Source: Desulfomonilia bacterium | GTDB lineage: Bacteria > Desulfobacterota > Desulfomonilia > UBA1062 | Reading direction: 5' to 3' | Assembly: GCA_050014195.1 (NCBI GenBank) | Contig: JBEKDT010000001.1 | Location: 149,341 to 213,340, forward strand | Length of the DNA stretch: 64,000 bases | Shown: positions 16,160 through 25,951 of the stretch, piece by piece | Layout of the letters: each line of letters starts with the position of its first letter | Position numbering within the stretch: the stretch's first letter is position 1 | Position numbers and translations under genes: made by a program | The notes under the pieces: model-generated | Seen by the model: only the letters and a program-made list of their open reading frames with translations | What the model was told of the DNA's origin: nothing | The model's database searches: none

Positions 16160-16212
16160 CTCTAACAAAAGCCTGCGGACGGCTACAGCCGCCGCTGATG
16201 CGTGTCGAAAAT
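16160..16212 (+). repeat. attC 22 (last site of the array; degenerate R')
   Basis: R'' CTCTAAC (revcomp of GTTAGAG), L'' ctgcggacgg, L' gccgccgctgatgc, then gtgtcgaaaa in place of a clean GTTRRRY. Conserved core-genome genes begin immediately after. Confidence 0.75.
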
Positions 16213-16257
16213 ACGTCTTAATAGCTTCAATTGACCCATTGCATAAAGGTTTGTTAT

Positions 16258-17409
16258 ATGGACACCATGAAGCCATCCAACACTGCCAGGACCATACAGC
16301 CTTTTCTGGTCATGGATGTCATGGAAAAGGCAAACACCCTTGCCGCGTCCGGCCGGGACATCATCCACCTGGAGGTGGGTGAGCCTGATTTCGACACCCC
16401 GGAGTGCATACGCATAGCAGCGGCGAATGCCATGCATCAGGGCAGGACCCACTATACCGACTCGCTCGGCATCCCGGAGCTGAGGAATGCCCTCAAAGAA
16501 CATTATGAAATGACCTACCACGTTAGTATCGATGAGAATTGTATCGTGGTGACTGCAGGCTCCTCTCCCGCACTCCTCATGGCCATATCCTGCCTTGTGG
16601 ATGCGGGTGACGAGGTCATTATGACCGACCCGTACTATGCCTGCTACCCGAACTTCGTCAAGATCTTAGGCGCGAAACCCCGCCTCATCCGCACGGGAAG
16701 CTCGGACAGATTCCAGCTGGACCCCGGAAAGGTAAAACGGAACATAACCGGCGTCACGAAAGCCCTGCTCATCAACTCACCGGCAAACCCTACGGGTATC
16801 TGCCTGGACGCCGATCACCTGAAGGCTTTAAGCGGGCTGGCCATCCCCATCATATCCGATGAGATCTACCATGGGCTGGTCTATGCCGGGCAGCAGCACA
16901 CCATACTCGAATTTACGGACAATACGATTGTGATCAACGGATTCTCCAAGGCCTATGCCATGACGGGCTGGAGGCTCGGCTGGGCGGTCTTCCCCAGGGA
17001 ACTCATCCGAACGGCCCAGAAGATCCAGCAGAACCTTATGATCTGCGCCCCATCCATTGCCCAGTGGGGCGGCGTCGCCGCACTTACCAAGGCCGGCACG
17101 GATGTAGAGAACATGCATCAGACCTTTGCCCGGCGAAGGAAGGTCATGCTCTCCGAGATGGCGAAGTTCGGCTTCAACGTAGAGGTGGAGCCCACGGGTG
17201 CATTCTATGTACTCGTGAATATGGGTGCGTACACAAATGACTCCCGCTCATTTGCCATGGAAACCCTGGAGCATACCGGTGTCGGGGTGACCCCGGGTAT
17301 CGATTTCGGGCCCGGTGCTGAAGGCTACATCCGGTTCTCCTATGCCAACTCGGAAAAGAATATCGTGGAAGGCATCTCCCGTGTCGCCTCATACTTAAAA
17401 AGCCTATGA
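16258..17409 (+). CDS. class I/II pyridoxal-phosphate-dependent (aspartate-type) aminotransferase
   Basis: HLEVGEPDFDTP, SFSKAYAMTGWRLG (PLP-Lys region), ~384 aa. Confidence 0.8.
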   Translation: MDTMKPSNTARTIQPFLVMDVMEKANTLAASGRDIIHLEVGEPDFDTPECIRIAAANAMHQGRTHYTDSLGIPELRNALKEHYEMTYHVSIDENCIVVTAGSSPALLMAISCLVDAGDEVIMTDPYYACYPNFVKILGAKPRLIRTGSSDRFQLDPGKVKRNITGVTKALLINSPANPTGICLDADHLKALSGLAIPIISDEIYHGLVYAGQQHTILEFTDNTIVINGFSKAYAMTGWRLGWAVFPRELIRTAQKIQQNLMICAPSIAQWGGVAALTKAGTDVENMHQTFARRRKVMLSEMAKFGFNVEVEPTGAFYVLVNMGAYTNDSRSFAMETLEHTGVGVTPGIDFGPGAEGYIRFSYANSEKNIVEGISRVASYLKSL

Positions 17410-17981
17410 AGGTGAAGATCCGGGACGCCGCCTTTGCAGGGGTCTTCCCCCATAATAGTGCAGGCCTGCCTCAGTATGCCATTGCAGGCAGGTCGAACGT
17501 GGGCAAGTCTTCGCTGATCAACAAGCTGCTGAACAGGAAGTCGCTCGTGAGGACGAGCAAGGTGCCGGGCAAGACCAGGGCCGTGAACCTTTTCAAAGTC
17601 GACCTGGTTGACCTTCCCTCCCTATACCTTGTCGACCTGCCGGGATATGGCTATGCCAAGGTTTCCAAGACCATCAGTCATGAGTGGAAAGAGCAGATCG
17701 CCAAATACTTCTCGAACAATCATGAACTCAAGCTTGTCATGCTGCTCGTGGACATCCGAAGGGATCTTCAAGATGAGGAACGCCTGCTCATGGACCTCAT
17801 CAATAAAACCAAGGCCAAGGTCGTGCTTGTAGCTACCAAGACCGATAAGCTGGGGTATGCTCAGATGCTCAAACGCACATCGGAGCTTTCAAGGCAGTGT
17901 GGGTTGACCCCGGTTATCACCTCGTCTGCCACGGGAGACGGCATGGAAGAACTCTGGAGACTCATCATCTCTTCCCTGTAG
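17406..17981 (+). CDS. engB: ribosome biogenesis GTP-binding protein EngB/YsxC
   Basis: GRSNVGKSSLINKL (G1), DLPGYGYA (G3), TKTDKL (G4). Confidence 0.85.
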   Translation: MKVKIRDAAFAGVFPHNSAGLPQYAIAGRSNVGKSSLINKLLNRKSLVRTSKVPGKTRAVNLFKVDLVDLPSLYLVDLPGYGYAKVSKTISHEWKEQIAKYFSNNHELKLVMLLVDIRRDLQDEERLLMDLINKTKAKVVLVATKTDKLGYAQMLKRTSELSRQCGLTPVITSSATGDGMEELWRLIISSL

Positions 17982-18103
17982 TCGCTTTACGCATTTGTGA
18001 GCCCAACGGTCTTCGATGCAGTTCAATGCCCGGTACACCCCTGGTCCGTAATCCCAATATTTCTATTTACTCCCCACTGCGTTGTGCTATTATCTGAGAA
18101 ATC

Positions 18104-18373
18104 ATGCGTGATACTTCCTTTACCATAGACATCCAATCTTTTCTCCCCATCATCCTGCTCCTCCTCTTTCTGGTGATCCCCTATATGCTGAAAAACCTCG
18201 GCCGATACACATCAGCCGGTAAAAACCTCGACAGGTTTCCGGAAAAACCCAGGGACAGCATGCACCCCGAGACCATGAGCGACTACCTCGAAGAGCCTCC
18301 TGTCAGGACTGACTATGAGAGGGTTACCAAGGATTCAGTCTCCAGTAAACCAATCACCCCTAAATGGTTCTAG
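18104..18373 (+). CDS. hypothetical small membrane protein
   Basis: 89-aa ORF with one TM helix. Confidence 0.4.
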   Translation: MRDTSFTIDIQSFLPIILLLLFLVIPYMLKNLGRYTSAGKNLDRFPEKPRDSMHPETMSDYLEEPPVRTDYERVTKDSVSSKPITPKWF

Positions 18374-19041
18374 ATAAGAAACCCGACACGGACGCCTGGC
18401 GTTTCATCTTAGGTATCTGCATCATCGCAGCATCCATCTATGTGTTCTACATCGGGACCGCCCTCAGGAACTCCCCTGAGCTCTTCCTCAAACCCCAAGC
18501 CATTAAGGTGAAAGCTTTTCCCTGCACATCCGTCACCTCGGAAGGGCTTACTGCCTGCATCCCTTCCGGGATCGAATTCTTAGCCGGGGGAAGCGGGATT
18601 GAGCTCTTTTCCAGCAAGGACCGGATAAGGGGATCGATAAAAATCATACAAGTGCTTCCTCACGAGCGTGGATGGAGGGCATCCCTGAAGAGACCCTTCA
18701 TGAAGATGTTCATCGGGAATGTCGATACGATCGGCACCTTTGAACTCATGGTCTTGATCCTCCAGCACCGATACAACCCAACGCTCATGGGGGCAAAGGC
18801 CGCACTTATCCCGCCCTGGATGAAAAACACGAAAGGCGCACATATCCTTATCTTGAAGGAAGAACGGGGCCTTATATTCTATACCCCGGGGCAGTCGTTG
18901 GGGCTCTCGTTCAAAAAGGGCTCAACCATATTGATGTCCATGAACGGACGGATCCCGCCTTCGATCACGGCCGGGATCATGTCCTCGATAAGCCTTATTA
19001 CAACGGCAAGACCAAAAACGGGATCGAAGGGCTCTTCATGA
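18364..19041 (+). CDS. hypothetical membrane-anchored protein
   Basis: 225-aa ORF with an N-terminal TM segment. Confidence 0.45.
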   Translation: MVLDKKPDTDAWRFILGICIIAASIYVFYIGTALRNSPELFLKPQAIKVKAFPCTSVTSEGLTACIPSGIEFLAGGSGIELFSSKDRIRGSIKIIQVLPHERGWRASLKRPFMKMFIGNVDTIGTFELMVLILQHRYNPTLMGAKAALIPPWMKNTKGAHILILKEERGLIFYTPGQSLGLSFKKGSTILMSMNGRIPPSITAGIMSSISLITTARPKTGSKGSS

Positions 19042-19456
19042 ACTTCTCCGCATAGTCGCTCCTGAATCCGGCCAAGGCCCCTTTGATGACCTCGTGGCCG
19101 ACTATGAGCAATTCGATGCCCTTGTCCTTGATCACCTTGTTGATCACTTCAATGGGAATCCCCCTCATGATCAGCCTGTGTTTCGCATCTATCGCATCGT
19201 CCCCCACCTGGCTGCAGATCGAATACATCTTGTCTCTGGCTGCCTTTATCACTTCTTCTTCGAGCTTGTCCGTATTGATGTGGGGGACGTAGAAGCCTGC
19301 AGCACTCTTGATGTCGGTTACGGTGTGGAGAACAAAGAGCTCCGCATCAACAAGACAGGAGAGCTGGTATGCATAGTCGACAAGATAAGGGCTGTACTTT
19401 GCAAAATCGATATAGCAGAGTATCTTCTGGGGCTTTTTCACTTTGGTCTTCTTCAT
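18998..19456 (-). CDS. universal stress protein (UspA family)
   Basis: KILCYIDF...LFVLHTV...LIVGHE pattern. RBS GGAGG. Confidence 0.75.
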   Translation of the reverse strand: MKKTKVKKPQKILCYIDFAKYSPYLVDYAYQLSCLVDAELFVLHTVTDIKSAAGFYVPHINTDKLEEEVIKAARDKMYSICSQVGDDAIDAKHRLIMRGIPIEVINKVIKDKGIELLIVGHEVIKGALAGFRSDYAEKFMKSPSIPFLVLPL

Positions 19457-19459
19457 CAT

Positions 19460-19852
19460 CTACCTCCTCGGTGCCGTTGTTGTGACCTCTTCTGAAACCG
19501 ATTCTATCACATTCTTAAGCTCTTTGAGCTTAAAAGGTTTCGCTATGAAGGCGTTGGCACCCCGTTCAAAGGCCAACTTCTGGGCTTCACTCACGGAAAA
19601 CCCCGTTATCAGGACGATAGGCACCTTGGGGTACTTCATCTTGATCTCACCCATCAGGGTAAACCCATCCATGCGGGGCATATGGATATCACTCACCACG
19701 ACCTGAATCGGTTGCTTGCCCATACAGTCCAACGCATCCAAGCCGTCGTGCGCTATATGGACCTGATACCCATGCATGCTCAAGAAATCAGCAATCACAT
19801 TGGTCAGATCCTGCGAATCGTCAACAATTAAAATTCTTTTTGAACTAATCAT
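19460..19852 (-). CDS. single-domain response regulator (REC)
   Basis: RILIVDDS...VVSDIHMPRMDG...AKPF. RBS GAGGAGG. Confidence 0.8.
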   Translation of the reverse strand: MISSKRILIVDDSQDLTNVIADFLSMHGYQVHIAHDGLDALDCMGKQPIQVVVSDIHMPRMDGFTLMGEIKMKYPKVPIVLITGFSVSEAQKLAFERGANAFIAKPFKLKELKNVIESVSEEVTTTAPRR

Positions 19853-20513
19853 TGGCCTCCTCATTCGGCAAATCAATAATCTCATAATCCCTTAAAGCCG
19901 GGTATCTCTTGGTATCGGCGTTTGTGAGGCCTGCCAGCTTCTCCATTACCTTCTTGATGGCGAAGATTTGATTCTCCATTACATGCAGTATCTCTTGTAT
20001 CTTTGCATTGCTTTCCAGCTCCGGGTTGAGCTCAAGCATCTCCAGGTTGCCCAGGATGATGTTGAGCGGGGTATTGATCCTGTCTGAGAGAGTCACTGCG
20101 GTCTTGGCAATGGCGCTCAGCTCATTGAGCTTCTTCTGCTCCATGCCATAAACCTGCATCTCGAGGGCTCTGTGCACCCTTAGGATGAGCTCATTCTCAT
20201 CGCAGGGTTTGAGGAGATAGTCGTATACTCCCAGCCTGAGCGCCGATACCGCGGTCTTCAGGGAACCGTACCCAGTAATAACAATAACCAGGGTCTTAGG
20301 CGAGATAACCTTGATGTTCTCCAGCAGCTCAAGCCCACCCATGCCTTCCAGGACAATGTCCGTAAGCACCAGATGGAAACTCTTGTCATAGAGCAGCTTG
20401 AGCGCCTCCTCGGCTGATCCGACATCTTCCACCTCAAACCCGTTGGACGAAAGGATGTTTTTTAATGAATAGCGGACGATCTCTTCATCGTCCACAACGA
20501 GTATCCTCTTCAT
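19845..20513 (-). CDS. response regulator with C-terminal helical HisKA/HPt-like domain
   Basis: REC motifs ILVVDDE...LTDIVLEGMGG...LLKP, plus a ~100-aa helical C-terminus. Confidence 0.7.
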   Translation of the reverse strand: MKRILVVDDEEIVRYSLKNILSSNGFEVEDVGSAEEALKLLYDKSFHLVLTDIVLEGMGGLELLENIKVISPKTLVIVITGYGSLKTAVSALRLGVYDYLLKPCDENELILRVHRALEMQVYGMEQKKLNELSAIAKTAVTLSDRINTPLNIILGNLEMLELNPELESNAKIQEILHVMENQIFAIKKVMEKLAGLTNADTKRYPALRDYEIIDLPNEEAND

Positions 20514-20515
20514 TG

Positions 20516-22642
20516 TTATTCCTTGACCACTCTGAACTGCAAGTGCTTATGGACGGATTCCCTTAATTCTTTGATCCTGAAAGGCTTCCTCAGATATGTC
20601 ACACCCGTGGTCTCCAGGAATTCCTTTACCTGGAAGTCATAGGTATCACCCGTAATAAACATGAACCGCTTTTTCAGACCCGGGTCCTTCTTGATGGCTT
20701 CCTGATAGAACTCCATACCGTTCATTACCGGCATCCTCAAGTCGGAGATGATGAGTTCCCAGGCATACTCATCGAGGTGGTCACAAGCCTTTCTGCCGTC
20801 CTCAAAGGTAATCACCGTGTAATACGGGCTCAAGGTGTCAACCATGAGGTCAAGGAGGTCCTTCTCATCTTCCACTACCATAATCAAGCTCTGTCTCTTC
20901 TGGTCTTCGTAGGATGGGCAGGCCGATTCATCATCTAAGGCAGCATCTTTTCCCCTGGTATCCACATCCATAATGGCCGGGAGCTTCATGATCGCCATGG
21001 CGCCATTCTTCGTGTTTTCTATAAATACCTCGCCCTTGTGATCGGCGATAATACCATAGCAGATGGATAGCCCCAGCCCGGTCCCCTTATCCTTGGGTTT
21101 GGTGGTGAAGAAGGGATCGAAGATCTTCGTCATAACACTTTGGGGTATACCGGGACCCGTGTCTTCTATAGTAACATTCACATAGTCGTTACTCATGAAC
21201 GACCTGACCCAGATGGTGCCCATCCGTTCGTCTATGGCATCGATGGAATTGTTGATGAAATTCACGAGCACCTGCTCCATGCAGTTCATATCAGCCCTTA
21301 TATAGAGGGGATCTTCAGTGTCTTCGTTGATGATGGTAATACCGCGCTTCTTGATGATGGGGCTATAGAGGGTTATGGTTCTCCTGATAACCTCACGCAT
21401 GTCGAAAATATTTTTCTCGGGTGGTTTATTCCGGGCAAACTTGAGCAGGGATTCCACAATCCCCTTGGCGGCGGCGGCGGAGTTGATGATGACATTAAGC
21501 CTCTTCTGATCCTGAGGGGTCAGGTAGTCCTGGTCGATGAGGTCGGCAAACCCTAAAATAGGGGTAAGCTTGTTATTGAGCTCGTGAGCTATCCCGGACG
21601 TAAGCAACCCCAAGGAGGTGAGCTTCTCTGTCTGCATGGTCTTCTGCTCAATGCGTCTCTTGACCGTGATATCCCTCATGATCACAAGCACCTGGTCAAG
21701 ATCGATATGCTTGATAAAGAACTGGCCGATTATATCGGCCTTCTCTCCCACCTTCACATTAATATCAAACTCAGAGGAATGGCCGGTATCTCCCTGGGAG
21801 ATCTTCTCGAGGATCAAGGAAGCGCATGCTTCATCGAAGATGTCTGTAACAACCAAGGGTTGTCTGGTAATGAGATTCTGCAGGGCACTATTGAGAAACA
21901 AGACCTTGCCCGAGGTATCAAGAATGAAGATCATCTCCTCGGATACATCGACCACAGCCTTGTACCTCTCCGTCACACTCCGTATAGATTCATCCTTCTG
22001 CTTCACGAGTTCGGTAAGGTCGGAATTCTTCCGCTGGAAGACCTCATAGAGGTGCACCAGGGTCAGCATCTGGCCGATAAGCATACCCAGCAACTCAAAA
22101 ACCCTAACATAGTGGACATTGAAGAAGCCCTTGAGAGAATGGGACAGGTTCATGACCCCCAGGGTCCTGTTGCCCTCCTTGATGGGCACGCATAACATGG
22201 AACCGATTCGGACTTTGGCGGAATCAATCTTCTTGAAAAACTCGCAATCTTCGACATCACTGACCAGAATGGTCTTTCCATTCCTGGCACAGGTCCCTGC
22301 AACACCATCTCCAAGCTCCATACTCACATGGGGATTGGCATTGTCGATAGCCATGCCGGAAGCCGCCTTGAGTACGATCCTCTCACCCTCCACCATGAAG
22401 ATGGAGGCGTTCTCACACCGGGATTCTTCGATGAGCACGCTTGTCACATAGGAAAAGAAATCATGCTCAGGGGAACCTTTCGTGACGAATTCGGTGATCT
22501 CGAAGATGGAGGAAAGTATGCCTACCGTGTATTCATAGAAGTCAGAGGCCTTGCTGAGAAGATCAAGCAGGATTCTTTCACGAGTTGAGGTAAGCTCTGT
22601 GGATTCGCCCCGTAGAGAATACAGATCCTTCACGGTAAACAC
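20516..22642 (-). CDS. hybrid sensor histidine kinase (GAF-PAS-HisKA-HATPase-REC)
   Basis: H-box AHELNNKLTPILGFADL, G-boxes GPGIP / GTGLGLSI, and a C-terminal REC (LIMVVEDE...ISDLRMPVMNG). Confidence 0.85.
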   Translation of the reverse strand: MFTVKDLYSLRGESTELTSTRERILLDLLSKASDFYEYTVGILSSIFEITEFVTKGSPEHDFFSYVTSVLIEESRCENASIFMVEGERIVLKAASGMAIDNANPHVSMELGDGVAGTCARNGKTILVSDVEDCEFFKKIDSAKVRIGSMLCVPIKEGNRTLGVMNLSHSLKGFFNVHYVRVFELLGMLIGQMLTLVHLYEVFQRKNSDLTELVKQKDESIRSVTERYKAVVDVSEEMIFILDTSGKVLFLNSALQNLITRQPLVVTDIFDEACASLILEKISQGDTGHSSEFDINVKVGEKADIIGQFFIKHIDLDQVLVIMRDITVKRRIEQKTMQTEKLTSLGLLTSGIAHELNNKLTPILGFADLIDQDYLTPQDQKRLNVIINSAAAAKGIVESLLKFARNKPPEKNIFDMREVIRRTITLYSPIIKKRGITIINEDTEDPLYIRADMNCMEQVLVNFINNSIDAIDERMGTIWVRSFMSNDYVNVTIEDTGPGIPQSVMTKIFDPFFTTKPKDKGTGLGLSICYGIIADHKGEVFIENTKNGAMAIMKLPAIMDVDTRGKDAALDDESACPSYEDQKRQSLIMVVEDEKDLLDLMVDTLSPYYTVITFEDGRKACDHLDEYAWELIISDLRMPVMNGMEFYQEAIKKDPGLKKRFMFITGDTYDFQVKEFLETTGVTYLRKPFRIKELRESVHKHLQFRVVKE

Positions 22643-22650
22643 AATGCCCC

Positions 22651-23460
22651 TTACCCCAAATTTTCAAATATGGCTGTGTTCGTTCTATACCTTTGTCTCA
22701 CAGTATTTACAAGATCTTTATACTCATCACCCAACAGGCTCCTGATGAGGGCCTCTTGCTCTATATCTTCAGACATCAAGCCCCTTTCATGCTGTATAGC
22801 GACCTGGTCAGTCAGATAAACGATTGCGGATGTGCGGTTTACCGGCTCATGATGATTCCTGATGACGCTGATGACTTCCGGAGGGAAATGCCACCGCTGT
22901 GCAACAATCTCGCCGATTATCGTGTGGTCCATTGAAAAAACATCCTTCTCTAATGTCAGGTCAGGCCAGCATCCGCTGAATTCACATAAGGGTAAGTACT
23001 GGTCGGGGGCCTTGCAGACGAGGACCATCCTGCCGATATCATGGAGAAGACCCCCCGTAAAGAGACATTCTTTCTCCGTTTTACTTCTCCCAAGGAGTCC
23101 TGAGATAAAGGCTACTGCATACGAATGTCTCCAGAGCTGCTTCATGGAAGGTGTCTCATTGCCGAAGGTTTCCATTACGGCCATGGACAACGCAATGCAT
23201 TTGACCATGTCAATGCCGATCGTACGCAACGCCTGCTGGATACCTACATGCTTCTCGGCATGCCGGTAGAACGAAGAATTTGCAAGCTTGATCACCTTGG
23301 CCGCCATGGCAGGATCACTGGATACAACCTGCTCGATACTCTCAAGGGAGGAGTCCTCCTCCTGGAGTACCTGAAACAGTTTCATCCGGCTGGATTCCAG
23401 CGTCGGGATGCTCTCAATGTGCTGCTCAATCTTTTCCATGAGATAAGACTGTTCCATCAA
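22651..23460 (-). CDS. HDOD-domain signalling protein
   Basis: VVSSDPAMAAKVIKLANSSFY...GLLHDIGRMVL. Confidence 0.75.
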   Translation of the reverse strand: MMEQSYLMEKIEQHIESIPTLESSRMKLFQVLQEEDSSLESIEQVVSSDPAMAAKVIKLANSSFYRHAEKHVGIQQALRTIGIDMVKCIALSMAVMETFGNETPSMKQLWRHSYAVAFISGLLGRSKTEKECLFTGGLLHDIGRMVLVCKAPDQYLPLCEFSGCWPDLTLEKDVFSMDHTIIGEIVAQRWHFPPEVISVIRNHHEPVNRTSAIVYLTDQVAIQHERGLMSEDIEQEALIRSLLGDEYKDLVNTVRQRYRTNTAIFENLG

Positions 23461-23682
23461 ACCATTTAACGGCCTTTTATTGAAATATCTTTAAGGCTTA
23501 ATGCCGCCATGCACACAGGAGTTGCGTAACTTAAGCACGGCCGGGGTAACATCATCATGGGATCCTCTGATGAAATGAAAAATAAATCTCATGAAATGTC
23601 TACGATTATCCGTTAGTATGGTGAGAGTTGTAAGTTGTTTGTGCTCCATTATTATGTGAGGATAAGGAGAACTGCAAAGAGA

Positions 23683-24600
23683 ATGGGTGCCGCGCTGGTA
23701 TTGAAGAAGACACGGGTCCTGACAGTAGATGATGAACAGGAGACCCTCGATCTTATTGAAGAATACCTGATAGGGCGCGATTTCGACGTGACCACCACCA
23801 TGAGCGGGGAACAGGCGGTGGAAATCGTCCAGAAAGACCTCTTCCACATCGCCATTGTGGATCTTCACCTGCCGGGCATGACCGGCGCGGAATTGCTGAA
23901 ATCCATAAAAAGTATTCGCCCTGATGTCCAGGTCGTCATGATCACCGGATACGGCACCATTCGTGATGCGGTGGAATGCATGAAACTCGGCGCCTCGGAT
24001 TTCATTACCAAGCCTATCCTGCTCGACCACCTCCACCTCACCATCCGAAGGATTCTCGAAGAGGTAAGGCTCAAGGAGGAGGCCGAGCTGGCCGACTACT
24101 ACCGCAATCTTTCCCGTACCGATGAGCTCACGGGCCTGTATAACTTCCGCCATCTCATGAGCATTCTCAAAAATGAGGTTTCGAGACATCTGAGATACAA
24201 CAGGACGCTCTCATTGGCCATGATCGATATCGATGACTTTAAAAAATACAACGATGCCAAAGGACATGAGGAGGGGAACGAACTGCTCGTACGCCTGGCT
24301 CACGTGTTCAAGCACAACACAAGGAACTGCGACATCCTTGCCCGCTATGGCGGAGAGGAGTTCATCATTATATTCCCCGAGACATCGATTGAAGAGGCCC
24401 TCGTGGTGTCTCAGCGTATCTGCAGTACCGTTGAATCGACACTGGGTGTCAGTGTCACCATGGGCATTTCAAGCCTGCCGAAGGATTCCAGCGAGCCGCA
24501 TGAAATAATCAGGATAGCGGATGCGGCCATGTACTGGGGCAAGATACACGGAAAGAATCAGATTGCCATCTACGACAGCTCGATGTCCACGTGCAGATAG
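23683..24600 (+). CDS. response regulator-diguanylate cyclase (REC-GGDEF)
   Basis: REC (VLTVDDEQE...[11 protein letters not shown]) plus an intact GGEEF active site. RBS AAGGAGA. Confidence 0.85.
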   Translation: MGAALVLKKTRVLTVDDEQETLDLIEEYLIGRDFDVTTTMSGEQAVEIVQKDLFHIAIVDLHLPGMTGAELLKSIKSIRPDVQVVMITGYGTIRDAVECMKLGASDFITKPILLDHLHLTIRRILEEVRLKEEAELADYYRNLSRTDELTGLYNFRHLMSILKNEVSRHLRYNRTLSLAMIDIDDFKKYNDAKGHEEGNELLVRLAHVFKHNTRNCDILARYGGEEFIIIFPETSIEEALVVSQRICSTVESTLGVSVTMGISSLPKDSSEPHEIIRIADAAMYWGKIHGKNQIAIYDSSMSTCR

Positions 24601-25226
24601 AGATCCCCGGCCTTTTTCGTAAAATTCGGCCTTCCCATTCCCTGCACCCTAAGAACCATATCCTGCTGCGTGTTCTTCGGCACCTTAATGCGGATCTGCC
24701 GTTTGACGAAGCCCGGCCTGTACTCTATGGTAATATATCCTCCGAGGGCGGCAATGCTTGACGGTATGGCGACCCTCTCATGCATGTCCATGACCGCATG
24801 GAACATCCTGTTCATCCCTTGCGAGGTCAGGCGAATCATGGACCGTCTGAGGATTGCACCGGGTGTGCCTCCCACGACAAAGGCCTCATAGGCAAACACC
24901 TTGCTTACGTTCAATATGCGGTCGATCCATTCTTTGCGTATGGGAAGGTCATCGAAGACGTCCCGGAACTCCGATTTGGAGAAGATATCATCGAACACCT
25001 TAGACCTGCTGAAGGTATATGTTTGCTGCCGATCGAACTTCCGCCTCTTTTCCGGATCGATAAGGACCCCATAGGCCTCGGTGATCTCCTTGAAAAACTC
25101 GGTTGTCTCTTCGTCCTGGTTACGGTCGGGGTGGTATTGAAGTGCAAGCCTTCGATAGCTCTTCTTGATCTCTAAAGGCGTTGCATCCTTCGATATACCC
25201 AAAATCCGATAATAATCCTTTGACAT
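24570..25226 (-). CDS. J-domain protein (DnaJ N-terminal domain only)
   Basis: [13 protein letters not shown]...YHPDRN with the HPD motif. The C-terminus is not DnaJ-like. Convergent 30-nt overlap with the GGDEF gene. Confidence 0.7.
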   Translation of the reverse strand: MSKDYYRILGISKDATPLEIKKSYRRLALQYHPDRNQDEETTEFFKEITEAYGVLIDPEKRRKFDRQQTYTFSRSKVFDDIFSKSEFRDVFDDLPIRKEWIDRILNVSKVFAYEAFVVGGTPGAILRRSMIRLTSQGMNRMFHAVMDMHERVAIPSSIAALGGYITIEYRPGFVKRQIRIKVPKNTQQDMVLRVQGMGRPNFTKKAGDLYLHVDIELS

Positions 25227-25255
25227 GCCGGAACCTCATCAGGAGATCGATTAGC

Positions 25256-25906
25256 CTACCTGAAGGACTGGATGAATGTTTCCCCGGGCAGCTCTATGGC
25301 AGTGAGGACCCCTCCATAAACCGCACCGGTATCGATCCCTATCTTATCCGGCTTCACCATGGGCCTGGCAAAGGGGGTATGCCCGAAAATCACCTTCTTT
25401 TTGATCCCCACGGGGGAAAAGATGAACTCATCCCTGATCCAGATCAAGTCATACCTGTCTTGTTTTTCTATTACGATCCGGGGCTTGATGCCTGCATGGA
25501 CATAGAGGTAGTCGTCGTCTTCATGATACCACTTGAGGTTTGCTAGAAATACCCGGTGTGCATCCGGCAACTGCCGGGCTACCTGGTCGTTTGAGGCAAA
25601 ACGTTCGTTTTTGACGTAGGATTCAACGGTCTTCATGCCGCCGTTGGCAAAAAAGACCGTTCTGTTCGTGCCGAACTCTAAAAAGGTAATAAACATATCT
25701 TCGTGGTTACCCCGCAAGAAAACACAAGGGACCCGGCCGGCAAGATCGATAAGAAAATCGATTACACCGGCGACGGAATCACCCCTGTCGATGTAATCAC
25801 CCAGAAAAATGAGGCAATCCTCCCGGCCGGGGTCTATGAGCGAGATGAGATCTTCGAGCTTGTCAAGGCATCCGTGAATGTCGCCGATGGCAAAGGTCCT
25901 GTTCAT
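25256..25906 (-). CDS. calcineurin-like metallophosphoesterase (PrpE/ApaH-like Ser/Thr phosphatase family)
   Basis: GDIHGC...FLGDYIDRG...GNHE motifs. Confidence 0.8.
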   Translation of the reverse strand: MNRTFAIGDIHGCLDKLEDLISLIDPGREDCLIFLGDYIDRGDSVAGVIDFLIDLAGRVPCVFLRGNHEDMFITFLEFGTNRTVFFANGGMKTVESYVKNERFASNDQVARQLPDAHRVFLANLKWYHEDDDYLYVHAGIKPRIVIEKQDRYDLIWIRDEFIFSPVGIKKKVIFGHTPFARPMVKPDKIGIDTGAVYGGVLTAIELPGETFIQSFR

Positions 25907-25951
25907 GATGATTATTTCTTTTAAAAAGCCTTGTGCACCGATTGAACTTAC

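Larger units (their letters stand above)
140..16212 (+). mobile_element. integron gene-cassette array (22 attC-bounded cassettes, all ORFs on + strand); integrase not in window
   Basis: A recurring ~57-130 bp element with consensus ...RYYYAAC..CAGCGGACG..(loop)..GCCGCTGAT(G)C..CGTTRRRY follows each ORF or ORF pair. R''/R' complementarity is consistent across cassette junctions, cassettes are short and tightly packed, and GC content changes abruptly between cassettes (33% to 55%). Confidence 0.85.

Noticed and set aside
16228-16260. Possible TTGACC-17-TTATAT promoter overlapping the aminotransferase ATG at 16258
   Set aside because: The -10 would overlap the annotated start codon, and it cannot be distinguished from chance. 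The gene start may instead be the downstream ATG (MKPS).
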